Assembly: GCF_000143415.4 (NCBI RefSeq)
Contig: NW_003314261.1
Span: 5,482,360 to 5,546,359 of the forward strand
From: Selaginella moellendorffii
Taxonomy: Eukaryota > Plantae > Lycopodiophyta
Direction of reading: 5' to 3'
Length of the DNA stretch: 64,000 bases
Position numbers and translations under genes: made by a program
The notes under the pieces: model-generated
What the model was told of the DNA's origin: nothing
What the model saw: only the letters and a program-made list of their open reading frames with translations
Database searches by the model: none
In this document: positions 26,222-37,561 of the stretch, in pieces
How positions within the stretch are numbered: position 1 is the stretch's first letter
Layout of the letters: each line of letters opens with the position of its first letter

Positions 26222-28159
26222 ATGAGCAAAATATTGGCAGAGGTATGGAAGACCAAGAACATTGCAATCGAGCTGCAGTTCTCTGCTCTGCTGGGTTCTT
26301 GCCGGGATCTAGCGACTGGAAGGCGAATCCACGCTCAGATTTTAGCAGGAGGAGGAGCCCCAACCCGATTCCTGTCCAATCTCATCGTCCAAATGTATGG
26401 AAAGTGCGGAAGCGTGGCCGATGCAGAGCTCGCATTCCGATCCATCCGAGATCCCAATCTCTTCTCTCACAGCATGATCATCTCGGCCTACATCCACAAC
26501 GGGCAGCTGGATCAAGCGCGTGCAATGTTTTCTTCCTTCCATAACCGCGACGTGGTGCTGTGGAACTCGATGCTTCAGGGATATGCCAGAACTGGGGATA
26601 TCGTTGAGGCCACGAAGCTCTTCCAGGACATTCCTTCCAAGGATGCGGTATCGTGGAGCGAGGTCGTCCAGGCGCACGCACACGCTGGTGATTTGGGTAG
26701 TGCGCGGCAGATTCTAGACAAAATGCCGCTGTGGAACACCGGATCGTGGACTGCAATGCTTGTAGCAAATGCACAAGCAGGGCATCTTGACCAGGCCTGG
26801 TTTTGTTTTGTGGGCATTCGTTTTCGAGACATTGTGGCGTGGAACGCAATGCTACAAGCGCTTACAAACTCTGGGGAGTATGCCAAGGCCTTTGAGCTGT
26901 TCTCTAAAATAACCCAGCACAACGTTGTTAGCTGCACAACAATGCTCGCTGCATATGCCCAAAAGGGGCACAGTTTAGAGTTGAAACAGTTTTTCCAGGA
27001 TATGCTTTGCAGAACGTCTATAACGTGGAACGCAATGGTGAACTGTTGCAAGCTTAACGACGCCAAAGAAACTGCAAAAAGAATGCCTGCCCATGACGTG
27101 ATGACGTGGACGTCTCTGGTAACTGCATATGCCCAGGCCGGGGATCTTGACGAGGCTCGCAGCCTCTTCGACCGGATGCCCGAGAAGAATGTGGTGTCGT
27201 GGAACGCAATGATTCAAGCTCTCGGGCAGAACGAACATCCGAGCGAAGCGATGGATCTCTTCCTCGCAGCGCCGCTTCGCGAGATCGTCACCTGGAACCA
27301 TATGATCGTGGCAATGGGCCAAAACGGCGAGATCGAGCAGGCGCGCCTGGTCTTTGATCGATTGCCCGCCCGGGACGTCGTCTCCTGGAGCTCGATCACC
27401 GCTGCGCTCGCCCACAACGGATCCATTCAAGAGGCGCGCGAGCTCTTCGACCAACACAGTCCGGAGAGGAACCTCGTATCGTGGAACGCGATGGTGGCCG
27501 CCTACGGCCAATCCGGCGACGCCACCCTCGCCAAGGCCGCGTTCGATCGCAGCCCGGGTTGGAACACACTCTCCTGGAACTCGATCCTCGTCGCGCTCGC
27601 GGGCAACGGCCTCGTCGATCGAGCGCGCGAGATGTTCGACGGCTTCCCCGGCGCCCGGAACCTCGTCTCCTGGAGCGCGATGATCCAGGCGTACGCGCTC
27701 CACGCGCGGGGCGATCTCGCGCTGGGGCTCCTCCGGGAGATGGACGCCGAGGGGATCGAGGCGGACGAATCCACGCTCCTGGGCGTTCTTGCGCTGTGCG
27801 GACACCTGGGGATGCTCAAGGAGGGGGTGGAGATGTTTCGGTGCCTGGCGAGCGATCGGTGGCTGGAGCCCGGGGGCGAGCACTACAGCTGCATGGTGAG
27901 CTTGCTGGGGCGAGTCGGGATGGTGGAGGCGGCGGAGGAGCTGGTGCGGGCGATGCCGGTTCTGCCCGGGGTGGCGGCGTGGACGAGCGTGTTGAATGCG
28001 TGCCGGACGCACGACCAGGTGGAGGCGGCGGAGAGGATGTGCGAGGATGCGCTGGAGGCGTTCCCGGACTGCCCCAGCCCCTACTCGCTCCTCGCCAATG
28101 TTTTGTCCAGGGGTATTTGCAAGGGTGCTGCGTCTGCCACCTTTCGCCGGAGTTTATGA
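26222..28159 (+). CDS. Intronless PLS-class pentatricopeptide repeat protein with C-terminal E-type region (no DYW)
   Basis: Repeated VVSWNAMI..YAQ.G..EA..LFD.MP motifs, YGKCGSVADA near the N-terminus, HYSCMVSLLGRVG..AEELV..MP and PYSLLANV at the end. First ATG is at 26222; the true start is uncertain. Confidence 0.93.
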   Translation: MSKILAEVWKTKNIAIELQFSALLGSCRDLATGRRIHAQILAGGGAPTRFLSNLIVQMYGKCGSVADAELAFRSIRDPNLFSHSMIISAYIHNGQLDQARAMFSSFHNRDVVLWNSMLQGYARTGDIVEATKLFQDIPSKDAVSWSEVVQAHAHAGDLGSARQILDKMPLWNTGSWTAMLVANAQAGHLDQAWFCFVGIRFRDIVAWNAMLQALTNSGEYAKAFELFSKITQHNVVSCTTMLAAYAQKGHSLELKQFFQDMLCRTSITWNAMVNCCKLNDAKETAKRMPAHDVMTWTSLVTAYAQAGDLDEARSLFDRMPEKNVVSWNAMIQALGQNEHPSEAMDLFLAAPLREIVTWNHMIVAMGQNGEIEQARLVFDRLPARDVVSWSSITAALAHNGSIQEARELFDQHSPERNLVSWNAMVAAYGQSGDATLAKAAFDRSPGWNTLSWNSILVALAGNGLVDRAREMFDGFPGARNLVSWSAMIQAYALHARGDLALGLLREMDAEGIEADESTLLGVLALCGHLGMLKEGVEMFRCLASDRWLEPGGEHYSCMVSLLGRVGMVEAAEELVRAMPVLPGVAAWTSVLNACRTHDQVEAAERMCEDALEAFPDCPSPYSLLANVLSRGICKGAASATFRRSL

Positions 28160-28468
28160 AACAGTAGTACCAATTTGTCCTGCCAAAATAGTAATAATAA
28201 TATAAATTGTTATATAATTCCTATAATAATGGTGATACTTTCACATCTCTTTATCTATAAGAATAATAATTCTAGAGTTTCGAGAAAGGTACTCTTCCTT
28301 TGTATCTTCATGCTGCGGGTCATGATGCACATCAATCACTTTGGAGCTTGCAAGTTTTACTAAACTAATAATTACATTCTTTTTTCTTTTTTCTTTTTGC
28401 TTTAATCAACAACACCAAATTATAAATTAAAAGCGTGGTTATAATAGATAAAAGCGGTGCCTGCGTTG

Positions 28469-31400
28469 TCAGCCGAGGAAGGACCAGTTGATGAACATGT
28501 AAGCCACGCACTGCGCATTGTCTTCCTCGTCCACAACTTTCCACGCCACTGCGCGGTCGTAAGCCGCGGGCCTTCCCTTGCTCGAGAGCTTGATACCGGG
28601 TGGAAGGCACGCATACCCCTGCGAGTAACAAAGAGAGCTTAGCCGGAGTAGCGAACATCGCTATGGAGTACCTGTTGAATGATCTGTGAGAATTCCGCGG
28701 CGCTGGCCTTCCTGGCATTGTCGTCCAGCGTCTTGTCCCACGGGATCCCGTGTAGCTCGGACCAGGTCGTCTCCAGCATTTCCAGGCCGGCCCGGTTTGC
28801 AAACACGAACTCCGGGATCATAGCCTGCGCAAAGAACGGACGTTTTAGAATCGCCACTTTGCTGGAGAGGGAGAAACGTTCTTACCTTCCAGGTACAGCA
28901 CAGGATAGCGTCCTTGTGATGCCAGAAAGCGTCAGTGCTTCCTGGATCCGACTCAGTGAGATCCGAGGCGAAGTTTGCCCTGCATGATCGGTTGCTTAAT
29001 GATATCAACCAAGGATACAAAAAGCTTTACCTGTAACTTCGCAAGATCTGATGGGCCAAGAGTAATGCCTCGACGTTCCTTGGACCGACGCGGGGCCCGA
29101 GCCGGAATGATGCCAGTGCCATGGCAATGCTTTGCACGGAAGCCATGACATGACGAACGTATTGGCGTGCGCTGGTCGCCACCTCGTCACGGTTGTGCGC
29201 TTCAAAGAGAAACTGGAACGCTAACGTCAATACGGAGCGCAAGTGGCAGCCAGACTCGTCCGGAAATTTTCCAATATCTGCTCCTCCTTCTAAACTGGAC
29301 GCCAGGTCCAGTGTGCGTGACAAGCCGCTGCTATCCTGCAGAAGCGAAGCATACAAATTGTCAGATATACATATGTCCCGAGTTTTTGCTTTGTACTCAC
29401 CACACCACTGTCTAAAGGTATCACTCGGAAGCCCGACGGCAACAAAGGAACGTCTTCCGAAACAGCGGCATCAACCGGTGCAAAGACGAGCTGAGCACAA
29501 ACTCCCATCGCATTATCATCGTGACCGCTACAGAGCTGCCGAAGGCCCATCATTCATGTCAAGAACAAGCACATTTAAAGAAAGCGATCGAGCTAACCTG
29601 GAGCAAGACTGTTTCCCTGGGAATAACAACGCCATTCTGACCAGAAGCGTGACCTTCCAGCTTAACGACCTCGAGAAACTGCAAACCAAACCAATTACAA
29701 TCGCGCATCACAACAAGGACAACGCTCAAAACCTCTTCTTCCTCGGCGGACTGAACTAATGGCACAGGGCACTGGCCGATGACGTTTCCCCTGGAGAAAC
29801 CGCAAGCACTAGCCCTCATAGAAGCAGTGTCCAAGACAACGTTACAGTCCGCCCATTCCGAGCGGTGTTCGCGTAGGAAACGGATCAAAGTGGCTGGAGG
29901 AACATTCTACAATAAAAACCAAAGTAGCGGTTAACGTCTTTCCTTTGCACATATATCTGTAAGCTCACCTGTAGTAGCATTGACGCCTTAGCACAAAGAA
30001 CACCACCTCCGACAGCATACAATCGGTCCGGTGGCATGACTTGCCCTCCGATACTGCTGGCATTTGGAGCCACATTAATCGCAACGGTGACATCACCGTC
30101 TATTGCGTCAGTGATCATCCATCCGTCGTCAGCAAAGCTATTGACCGCCTCATTAAATCCCCTGTGTCATTAGATTCTTGCCGAAATGAGGCCCAGCAAA
30201 AAGGTTTTGGAACCGCATTATTACCGTGCAATTCGGCGACTGACACCTCTCCATGCAGCACTCTGCTGGGCTCCTCGAGGAGCATTTTCGTTCAAAGGAG
30301 ATTCGTATATAAGACGTCGTAAGAACCTCAAAGCCTGTAGAACGAAATGAAAGTAATAAGTCGTGAGTTTCAAAGACCAAGAAGTAAGTTATACCCCCAG
30401 AGTCATCCTCTGGGCCAAGACAGATGATGATTCGTACAACGGCCGGAGAACTTCGTGCACCTTCCAAGACTGTAGGATTCACAAGCCAAACGTTAGCGCG
30501 TGCAAGCAGCCATTGCATAAAAACGCACCTCCAGATCCATGTGATCGACAATGTAGATGCTGCACACGTTGCCTTCGAATGGCCGGATAAGAAAGCCGCT
30601 AGCAAGCATTTCGGCTCGGACAAAGTCATTCCCGGCTTTCGCGGCGGGGAGGCCATGGACGCCACTCAGAGATTTCTCGCAGACCTTGACATGCACAGAA
30701 AATCCCACATCAAATCTTTTTCCCAGCCATTCGGCTTCTTAACGCACCACTAAATCTCCCTCGTCCAAAAAGGTTGTGTAACGCAGTGTCCAGAAGTCTC
30801 TGGCAGCGGCAAGTGTTGTGGGGGCGTACATCTGCAAAAGAAGAAAAAGACTCGCGTGCATTAGCAGCAACACCAGATATTCTGCGACTGAAATCACCTG
30901 AGTGTATACCAACTCCACAGTCCCACCATTTGGGGTAGGAAAAGCACGCAAGACTTCAAGGCGTCGACAATCTCGGAGCCAGGAGGATCGGTCTTTCAGG
31001 ATTTCCGCGACCTTTCAAAAGTTGCATAAAACATATAAGACTCGCAAAACTATACACTCCAATAAGCATACCTTGTCGGGTTCTAGACCAACTAGACCCC
31101 AGGCTCGAGCAGCTACACCAGTACTGCCATGTGAAATCGCTGCAGTACCAGCAGAATCAGGACCAGGCTGCCAAAGAAACACAATAATCTCAGCATATAT
31201 ACATCCAAAATGGAAAAATATGCATTACCTTCATCCCAGGCAACTGGATCCAATCCACGGCCGTGCCTCTAGCCTTTGCTAGAAACTCAGTCAGAGTTTC
31301 CTCCGCAATAGCCAAGAGTCTGCCAAAGCAAAAGCAAGGTCAGTGTCATATCACTTTCACGAAAGCGAGCATCGCTGACTGACCCAGCGGGACTTGAATC

Positions 31401-32211
31401 GCGCGCAATCTGGGGCGCTGTTGTTGTTGTAGTCGTAGAAGCAGCGACCAGCTGCTGAGGCATCCCGCCCGTCACCTCCGAGTCGGGGCTCCTATCAGCC
31501 GCAAGCGCTGCCTGGAAAACAGAAAAGACTCAAGACTTTCAGTACCAAGAACGAGAAAGACTGGGGAGAAAAAACATTAATCACTTGTGCATCATTAGCA
31601 TATCTCCGAGAGAGCTTGAGATCTCTCTCGGAGCCTCCCTGCTGTTGCAGTTGCTGGCGCAGGTACTGGTTCTCCAACGCCAATTGCGAGCTGTGCTTGG
31701 TGAGGCGCTCGTTCTCCTCCATAATGATCTTGTTCATAGCCGTCAGCGATGCGTTCACGCTCTGCAGCCGCGACGTCTCCTTGCGCTGCTTCTCGCGGCA
31801 TCTACCCAAAGAGAAGAAAGGAAAAATGAGATCTTGGAAACCTTTAGAGCTAGCTAGAAAGTAAACTATAGCAACTTTAGCTAGAAAGATGGAAGAAATG
31901 AGTAACTAGCTGCAAGTTCTAGCAAGAACACCAACCAGAAGAGGAATGTACTCCATGATGATCATCTAGCTAATGCACATTTCTTGGATGAGCACTCACC
32001 GGCGATTCTGGAACCAGACTTTGATCTGCCTGGGCTCGATGTTGGCAAGAACCGGGTACTCACGCAAGAGCTGCTGCCGCCGAATGGAGCTCGGCTTGGG
32101 GCACTCGTTATAGACCCGCTCCAATGCCTCGACTTGCTCAGGCGTGTAGCGAATGTACTTCCCCGCATCCATGATATGCTTGCTTGAATCCTTCATTTTC
32201 ATCACGGCCAT
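28469..32211 (-). CDS. C3HDZ: Class III homeodomain-leucine zipper transcription factor (HD, LZ, START, SAD, MEKHLA), multi-exon
   Basis: DAGKYIRYTPEQVEALER..QIKVWFQNRR|CREKQRKE; LPGMK|PGPDS; YAPTTLAAARDFWTLRY; PLLPSGFRVIPLD; GLEMLETT; ends AYMFINWSFLG* (stop 28469-28471). Confidence 0.97.
31158..31239 (-). promoter_or_regulatory. miR165/166 target site split by a 61-nt intron (31168-31228)
   Basis: Spliced sequence CTGGGATGAAG|CCTGGTCCTG is complementary to miR166 UCGGACCAGGCUUCAUUCCCC. Confidence 0.9.
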
Positions 32212-34666
32212 TCCCCAGGCGCTAGCCTAGGACATCCACCTCTTCTCGATTCATCCTCCTCCCACCTCCCACATCATCGCAGCCGCTGCTAGACTACCAA
32301 ATATTTCACCATCGCGGGTGATATTTCAGCAGCGCGATCGCTCCTCCATGCCGCAACACCTGAGACTACCCCCTAGATGATCCGCCGGAGCACAAAGAAG
32401 ACATCCAACTCCATTCTTGGCCAAGAACCAGCCCTGGAATGGGGAATCGCCGCAACCGCGCGCTCACATATCCAATGCCGCTGCTGGACGAGTCGCCGAT
32501 ACCGAGAGCCGATTCGCAATCCGAGAGAGAAGGACGCAGGAGCACATCAAAGACGAGACAAGGACCGAGCATGAGGGAACACGAGCACGCAGCGAAATCA
32601 TAAGCCTTGAAGCAGGGGACTTATGGGGAAATGGGGCGGCCACATTGGTGCGCGCGTACTTGTGGCCATGGCGCCCCGGTGCCGTACGATCGCGGGGCCC
32701 ACGCTCACGGCCGCCCGTCGGCGGGGCGGCAGCCAGCGGCTGACACGTCGCCAGCGGCCCGTCAGCGGCCGTCACCACTCGCGGGGACCACGACACCGTA
32801 CCGTTACGCGGCCGCCCCTTACTAAAGGTTCGCCATCCGTACGCCCTAATTAGGGCAAATCTGGAGAATATGCGTTGTCTCATAAGTTGTCACACAAGTT
32901 CTAAGGCGCCATGGTTTCAAGGCGGAGGTTGGGCAGTCTGTTGTTTTTCAGGGGATGTGTTTTTATGGCCCTCTCAATTTGCCGGGTCCTTTGCCGATCA
33001 CGAGATTTGTGTCCTCCGGGAAATAATCCCCGGAATCTTTTCTCCCGCGGGGAATATTCTCCCTGTCGGGATGCTCAAACGGGACGCAAGACCCGGGATG
33101 AAATTGACGGGTGGGCTCTTGCGTGCCTGACACAAACAAAAGCGAGAAAAAGATTGATAGATTGGTTGTCTGTGCTATAGTTTATTTCGCAAGGATTTTT
33201 CGTGCCTGTTAAAACTTGGATCTTTCCTTGTCTTTTGCTCCATCCTAGATTTGCAAAGCTGAGATATCGCAGAGTTTTGTATGTGTGTGGTGTGTCCTCT
33301 CTCTCTCCAGTCTGCCACAAGATTCCAGCCCAGAGAGACGCTCTCGCCTCCCTGCGAATGTATTGATCTCCTAAATAATGGGGAGACGAGAGGATTGAAA
33401 GCGTCCCAATTTCCTTGGCGTTATGTGCTTGTTTGATAGCTGTTTTGTTATAGTGGTATCATTCACATTCATCCATCCAGGAATCCCATCGAAATCCATC
33501 CCAGATCCACGATCCATCCATCCATTGATTCGCCTGGATTGGTCAATCCCATTGTGGCTCCAATTGTCAAGCCTTTAAAAAAAAGAGAGAAAAGAGCACC
33601 ACTTCCATAGCTCGCTTGCAGAAGCAGAGACCACTAACGCGAGGAGATTTTGCTGCCCCAGGTCGGTTAAGCCACAGGTGCGTTTGGGTCCCCCTTCCCA
33701 CCCAAGCCACTAGTGGACGGCCACGCGGCGGCCGGGGATTGGGCCCGGCCCGGATCTTGTCGCCACTGGGGGTATATGCTTGGAGAATTGTTTTGCTCCC
33801 TGCTTGCTTGCATTGCATTCCTTCTTTCCTTCTTTTCTTGCAATGTAAGGGATATAGATCTTTGGGAACAAATCAAGTTGGTGTAAGCTCTCTCACACTT
33901 GGGGGAATTTCACAATGCCAAGGAAAGGAGGGGGGGATGTTGGCAGCGTGCCCAACACGTCATGATGCATGTCGGCATGCATCCATCCACCATCCATGAT
34001 GCCATATGGATGGGAGAGGGGGCGTACGGCGCGAGGAGAATGTGGACCACAGTGGACCCCGAGTACGGAGCGTTTAATAATTCAAGAATTATAGGACAAT
34101 GTGTGAAGACCACAAGCACCAAGCTGGATCCTCTTTACCCACAGTTTTTTTCCTTGAAAAGATTGTGTGACCCCTGTCTTGTCTTGCCAACCCAACATTG
34201 TTTATATGTATTTCAAGAGCCTTTAACTAACGGACTGTATCGCTTCATCACTAGGCGATGTCCAGCAGTGACAAACACCCAACAAAAGAGCGTTTTGATA
34301 ATGCTCCTCGGCATCTTTTATACCCAAATTTTCTTTCACACCCCCACCTCTCCAAAAACTTCCGTCCGCCACCTTTTCTTTTCATAGCTTGTGCCAACCT
34401 TTTTGACTTGTGCCTAGGTGTCGCTACTTGGCTTGATATGATCGCCACCATGTTCTTTGCCAAAGCGAAAAGAATGTAAATCCAACATGCAAAACGCACG
34501 CGTCCGAGGGCGCCACGTGTGCGTGGGAGGGACGCTACGTGATGTCACATCAACATCATCGTATGCCCTATATTTCATATACACTGCACAGACAAAAGGT
34601 GCGTAGCTTAGTCTTTTTATAAAACCTTGGGCTGCTCCAAATGATAGAATAACTCTTTTGTGTTTT

Positions 34667-35357
34667 TCAGGCCTCGATGAACTCCCACAGCTGGTTATCG
34701 CCAGTGTGCCACGAGAAAAGCATAAGCCTGTTGTTTGGCTGGACGCCGCCGTGTTTGCGATCACCGTGATCCACGTCCAAGTTCAGTTGAGTGTTCTCGA
34801 ATGGACGAATCGCGAAGTACTTATCGTAGCTCTCGGGGCTCAGCGTCCATAGGATTGAGCTACTGAGCTCACAGTAGACAATGAGAACGACCTGGATTGA
34901 GAGTTTAAAAGTTGGAGAAGAGCTAATGAGCAGATGAAGTCATTTCTTACTTGTTCGTCGTCGTTAGCTCTGTGGCGAAGAACTCGCCCGGAACCGGCGT
35001 TTGTGAGGACGAAGGCCTTGCTGCCTGCCGCGTCTACGAAATTGTAAGTAGAGTTCAAGAACCAAATCTGTGTAAGTCCCCCGCATGAGAAAAGAAAAGA
35101 AAAAAAGAAAAAACCGAGTCAGAGAAAGAAACGTCTTACTTACCTGGTTGCGACAACTTGAGTCGCAGAGGTTCATTCTCACGGTTTCATTCAGTGCCGT
35201 CAAACAATACGCTGACGAAGCCTTGGTTCGAAGTTGATAACTCCGAAAACTCGGCGCGCAATCTTGAGCCCCGCATCTGCACAAAGGAATTACGCGAAGA
35301 AAACTGCCACCTACAATACCTCGAAACAAGCCCAACTAGCGCCAGAAAGAAGAACAT
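34667..35357 (-). CDS. Single-domain Euonymus-type (EUL, ricin-B-like) lectin with predicted signal peptide, 4 exons
   Basis: Spliced model MFFFLALVGLVSR|CGAQDCAPSFRSYQLRTK..NQ|IWF..GSKAFVLTNAGSG..EQ|VVL..LWTLS..IRPFENTQLNLDVDHGDRKHGG..WHTGDNQLWEFIEA*. Confidence 0.85.
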
Positions 35358-35576
35358 TGTCACACTGCCTCGAGAAGTTTTCTCACGCAACGATTGTAAG
35401 CTTCTTCCAGTCTTAAACATCGCGTGTCATCGTGCCTGGTATGAAGCTAACAATCTGTCCTGGAAGAATAAATAGCACAAGCTTGTTAAGTTTATACCTC
35501 AGCAAAGCTGTGCGTATGATATTCCATTGTAAACAGCACCATCACCTTCGCGTGATGGTGACGAGTAACATTGTCG

Positions 35577-36414
35577 TTACACCTGAAACTGCTTAAGATA
35601 ATCTGGATCCTTGCTAGCCTTGTCCTTGAATCTAACAAACCACTGATCGAGCAAGTTAAGTGGCACGATAATCCTCCCGTCCTGGGCAGCCTTAGAACAC
35701 GATTGCATGAAATGGAAAAAGTTCTCACCGATCTTGAGAGCAACCTTCTCGACGTGGTAGTACTGCCGAATGTTGAGAGCTGGAAGCGTCGACAAATCCT
35801 CGAGCGAAACACCAATGGAGGCATTGAGCGGCGGAGCGTCCGGGGCCGTCAATTGCTTCTTCCCGCCGTGCTTGGGCCAGAGGAGAGTGATCATCGCCGA
35901 GGGGCAAACGTTGCTTATTCCACCGCAGTACTGGAATGCCGAGCCTGGGGATTGCACGTACACGGCCAGTGCTTTCTCCGGTGGAAGAACGAATTGGTTG
36001 AAGAGAAAGATGCACATCTCCGTGACTTGTTCGTACGTTGTTCCTGTTGGAAAGCCGTTAGAACAAGCACAAAAGGAAATTTTGCTAATCAAGAGAAGTC
36101 ACGAAAAATCTAGAGCAGGGACCTGATAGAAATCCAAAGAACTACGCATTGATCGGGAACTCACCGACGAAGATTGCCATGTCCAGGCACCAGCGGCAAG
36201 AATCGAGCTGCTTAAAGCTGAAGGCGTCGATCGGGTAGCTGTGCCTGGGGAAGACGACGCCAAAGATTCTCACGCAGCTCTCCCGGCCGCAGTAGCGCAC
36301 AATCTCGCTGCCCGAATCGCAGTGCCGTTTCTTGCGCCTGTCGTAAGAATCATCCACCAGCGCATCAATCTCATACTCTTCCAGCGCTCTCCTGGCCTTC
36401 CTCCCAGAATCCAT
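35577..36414 (-). CDS. Hikeshi/OPI10 (DUF775) family protein with N-terminal extension
   Basis: FGVVFP..WCLDM..|..EMCIFL..LPPEKALAVYVQSPGSAF..PSA..IGVSLEDL..KIGENFFHFMQS..LDQWF.RF..K..KDPDYLK matches plant OPI10 homologues. One intron at ~36044-36164. Confidence 0.85.
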
Positions 36415-36562
36415 CCGAGAAGACCAAAAACCCTAGGCAATGTTCTTGAAGCTTCTGGAACCAAGAATTTATTCCAAGGATTAAATCAATGAATCGCCAA
36501 ATTCACCTAGTGAGCTAGTGATCTGGAAGCGTAGCATTGACGGCTTCCACGCCATCGATCGA

Positions 36563-36736
36563 CTACCGGACCCTATCCCGCTCCATTTGAAGCTGCCGTG
36601 CGGCGTATCTCTCCTGATCCTTGATAGCGCCAGCGCGCAAATCTTCGCGCTCCTGCTGCTGCATCTTGTGGACGCCGGCAATCGCGATTACTGTGAATGC
36701 CGAGACGAAGAGCAGAACGCTCAATCCTCGATCCAT
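36563..36736 (-). CDS. PET117: PET117-like cytochrome c oxidase assembly factor (57 aa; below the ORF-track cutoff)
   Basis: MDRGLSVLLFVSAFTVIAIAGVHKMQQQEREDLRAGAIKDQERYAARQLQMERDRVR*. A hydrophobic helix is followed by GVHxxQxxxxxxLRxGxIxDxER, the pattern I recall for PET117. Confidence 0.82.
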   Translation of the reverse strand: MDRGLSVLLFVSAFTVIAIAGVHKMQQQEREDLRAGAIKDQERYAARQLQMERDRVR

Positions 36737-36759
36737 AATCCAAGAGCCCTACATTTTCC

Positions 36760-36835
36760 CGCAAGAACCCTAACAAACCCTGACCGTCCGATGAGGCTGA
36801 ACGGCCCAGATGGGTTAGGCACTCACTATAAAACC
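36760..36835. promoter_or_regulatory. Compact divergent promoter between PET117-like (-) and EUL (+)
   Basis: Telo-box-like AACCCTAA/AAACCCT (36765-36781), site-II-like GGCCCA (~36803), CTATAAAA (~36826). The two ATGs are only 188 nt apart. Confidence 0.55.
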
Positions 36836-36924
36836 CTGCTCTGTTGCCACATTTTCCAGTGCGTTTGCTTGCATTGTCTAGAGATTTTGTCTAAAGTTTT
36901 GCTCCAGCTCTCTCTCGATCGATC

Positions 36925-37561
36925 ATGTCGTACCAGCAGGGATATGGATCCTATGAGCAGCACGCGCACGGGCATCCGCCAGTCCAGGGCCAGGTTGTTC
37001 GCGTCTTTTGCAAGGCTCGCCCCGATTTCTATCTCACCGCCACCGACGATGGCGTCGTCCTCTCCCAGGGCAATGTCCAGGACCCGCGCCAGGTCTGTTC
37101 TTCTCGAAATCCCGAGATGTTCTCGCTAGATTTTGGGGCTTTGTGCAGCAATGGATCAAGGACGATTCCTGGGGCGAGCGCCTGACCGATTCGTCGGGAT
37201 CCAAGGCCTTCGCGCTCATCAACAAGGCCACTGGTCAAGCGCTTCGTCATGGCAATTCCGAGAACGAGCAGGCACGTTTCTGATTTGATTGATCGATGTG
37301 GGGTCTCTAAATCTTTGTTCCACTCAGGTGGTTCTATCCGCTTACTCCAAGAACGAGATGGACGATGATCTCCTGTGGAGCGCCAGCGATGATCTCGGCC
37401 ATGGCTTTCACACCATGAGGACTTACAACAACATCGATCTCAACCTCGATGCCGATCACGGTGATAAAAAGCACGGCGGGATCAAGGAAGGGAACAAGCT
37501 CATCCTCTTCAAGTGGCAGAAAACTCACGACAACCAGTATTGGAAGATTGTCCCAGTTTGA
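36925..37561 (+). CDS. Single-domain EUL lectin with short N-terminal extension, 3 exons
   Basis: VRVFCKARPDFYLT..DPRQ|QWIKD..AFALINKATGQALRHG..Q|VVL..LLWSASDDLGHGF..NLDADHGDKKHGG..DNQYWKIVPV*. The second intron (37272-37327) is GC-AG. Confidence 0.93.

Noticed and set aside
26975-28167. 345-aa antisense and 228-aa alternative-frame ORFs over the PPR gene (and similar ones over the RLKs and GI)
   Set aside because: Shadow ORFs caused by high GC3; no recognisable motifs.
32366-34500. Cluster of 60-160 aa ORFs upstream of C3HDZ
   Set aside because: No domain similarity or consistent splice pattern; more likely promoter/5' leader sequence.
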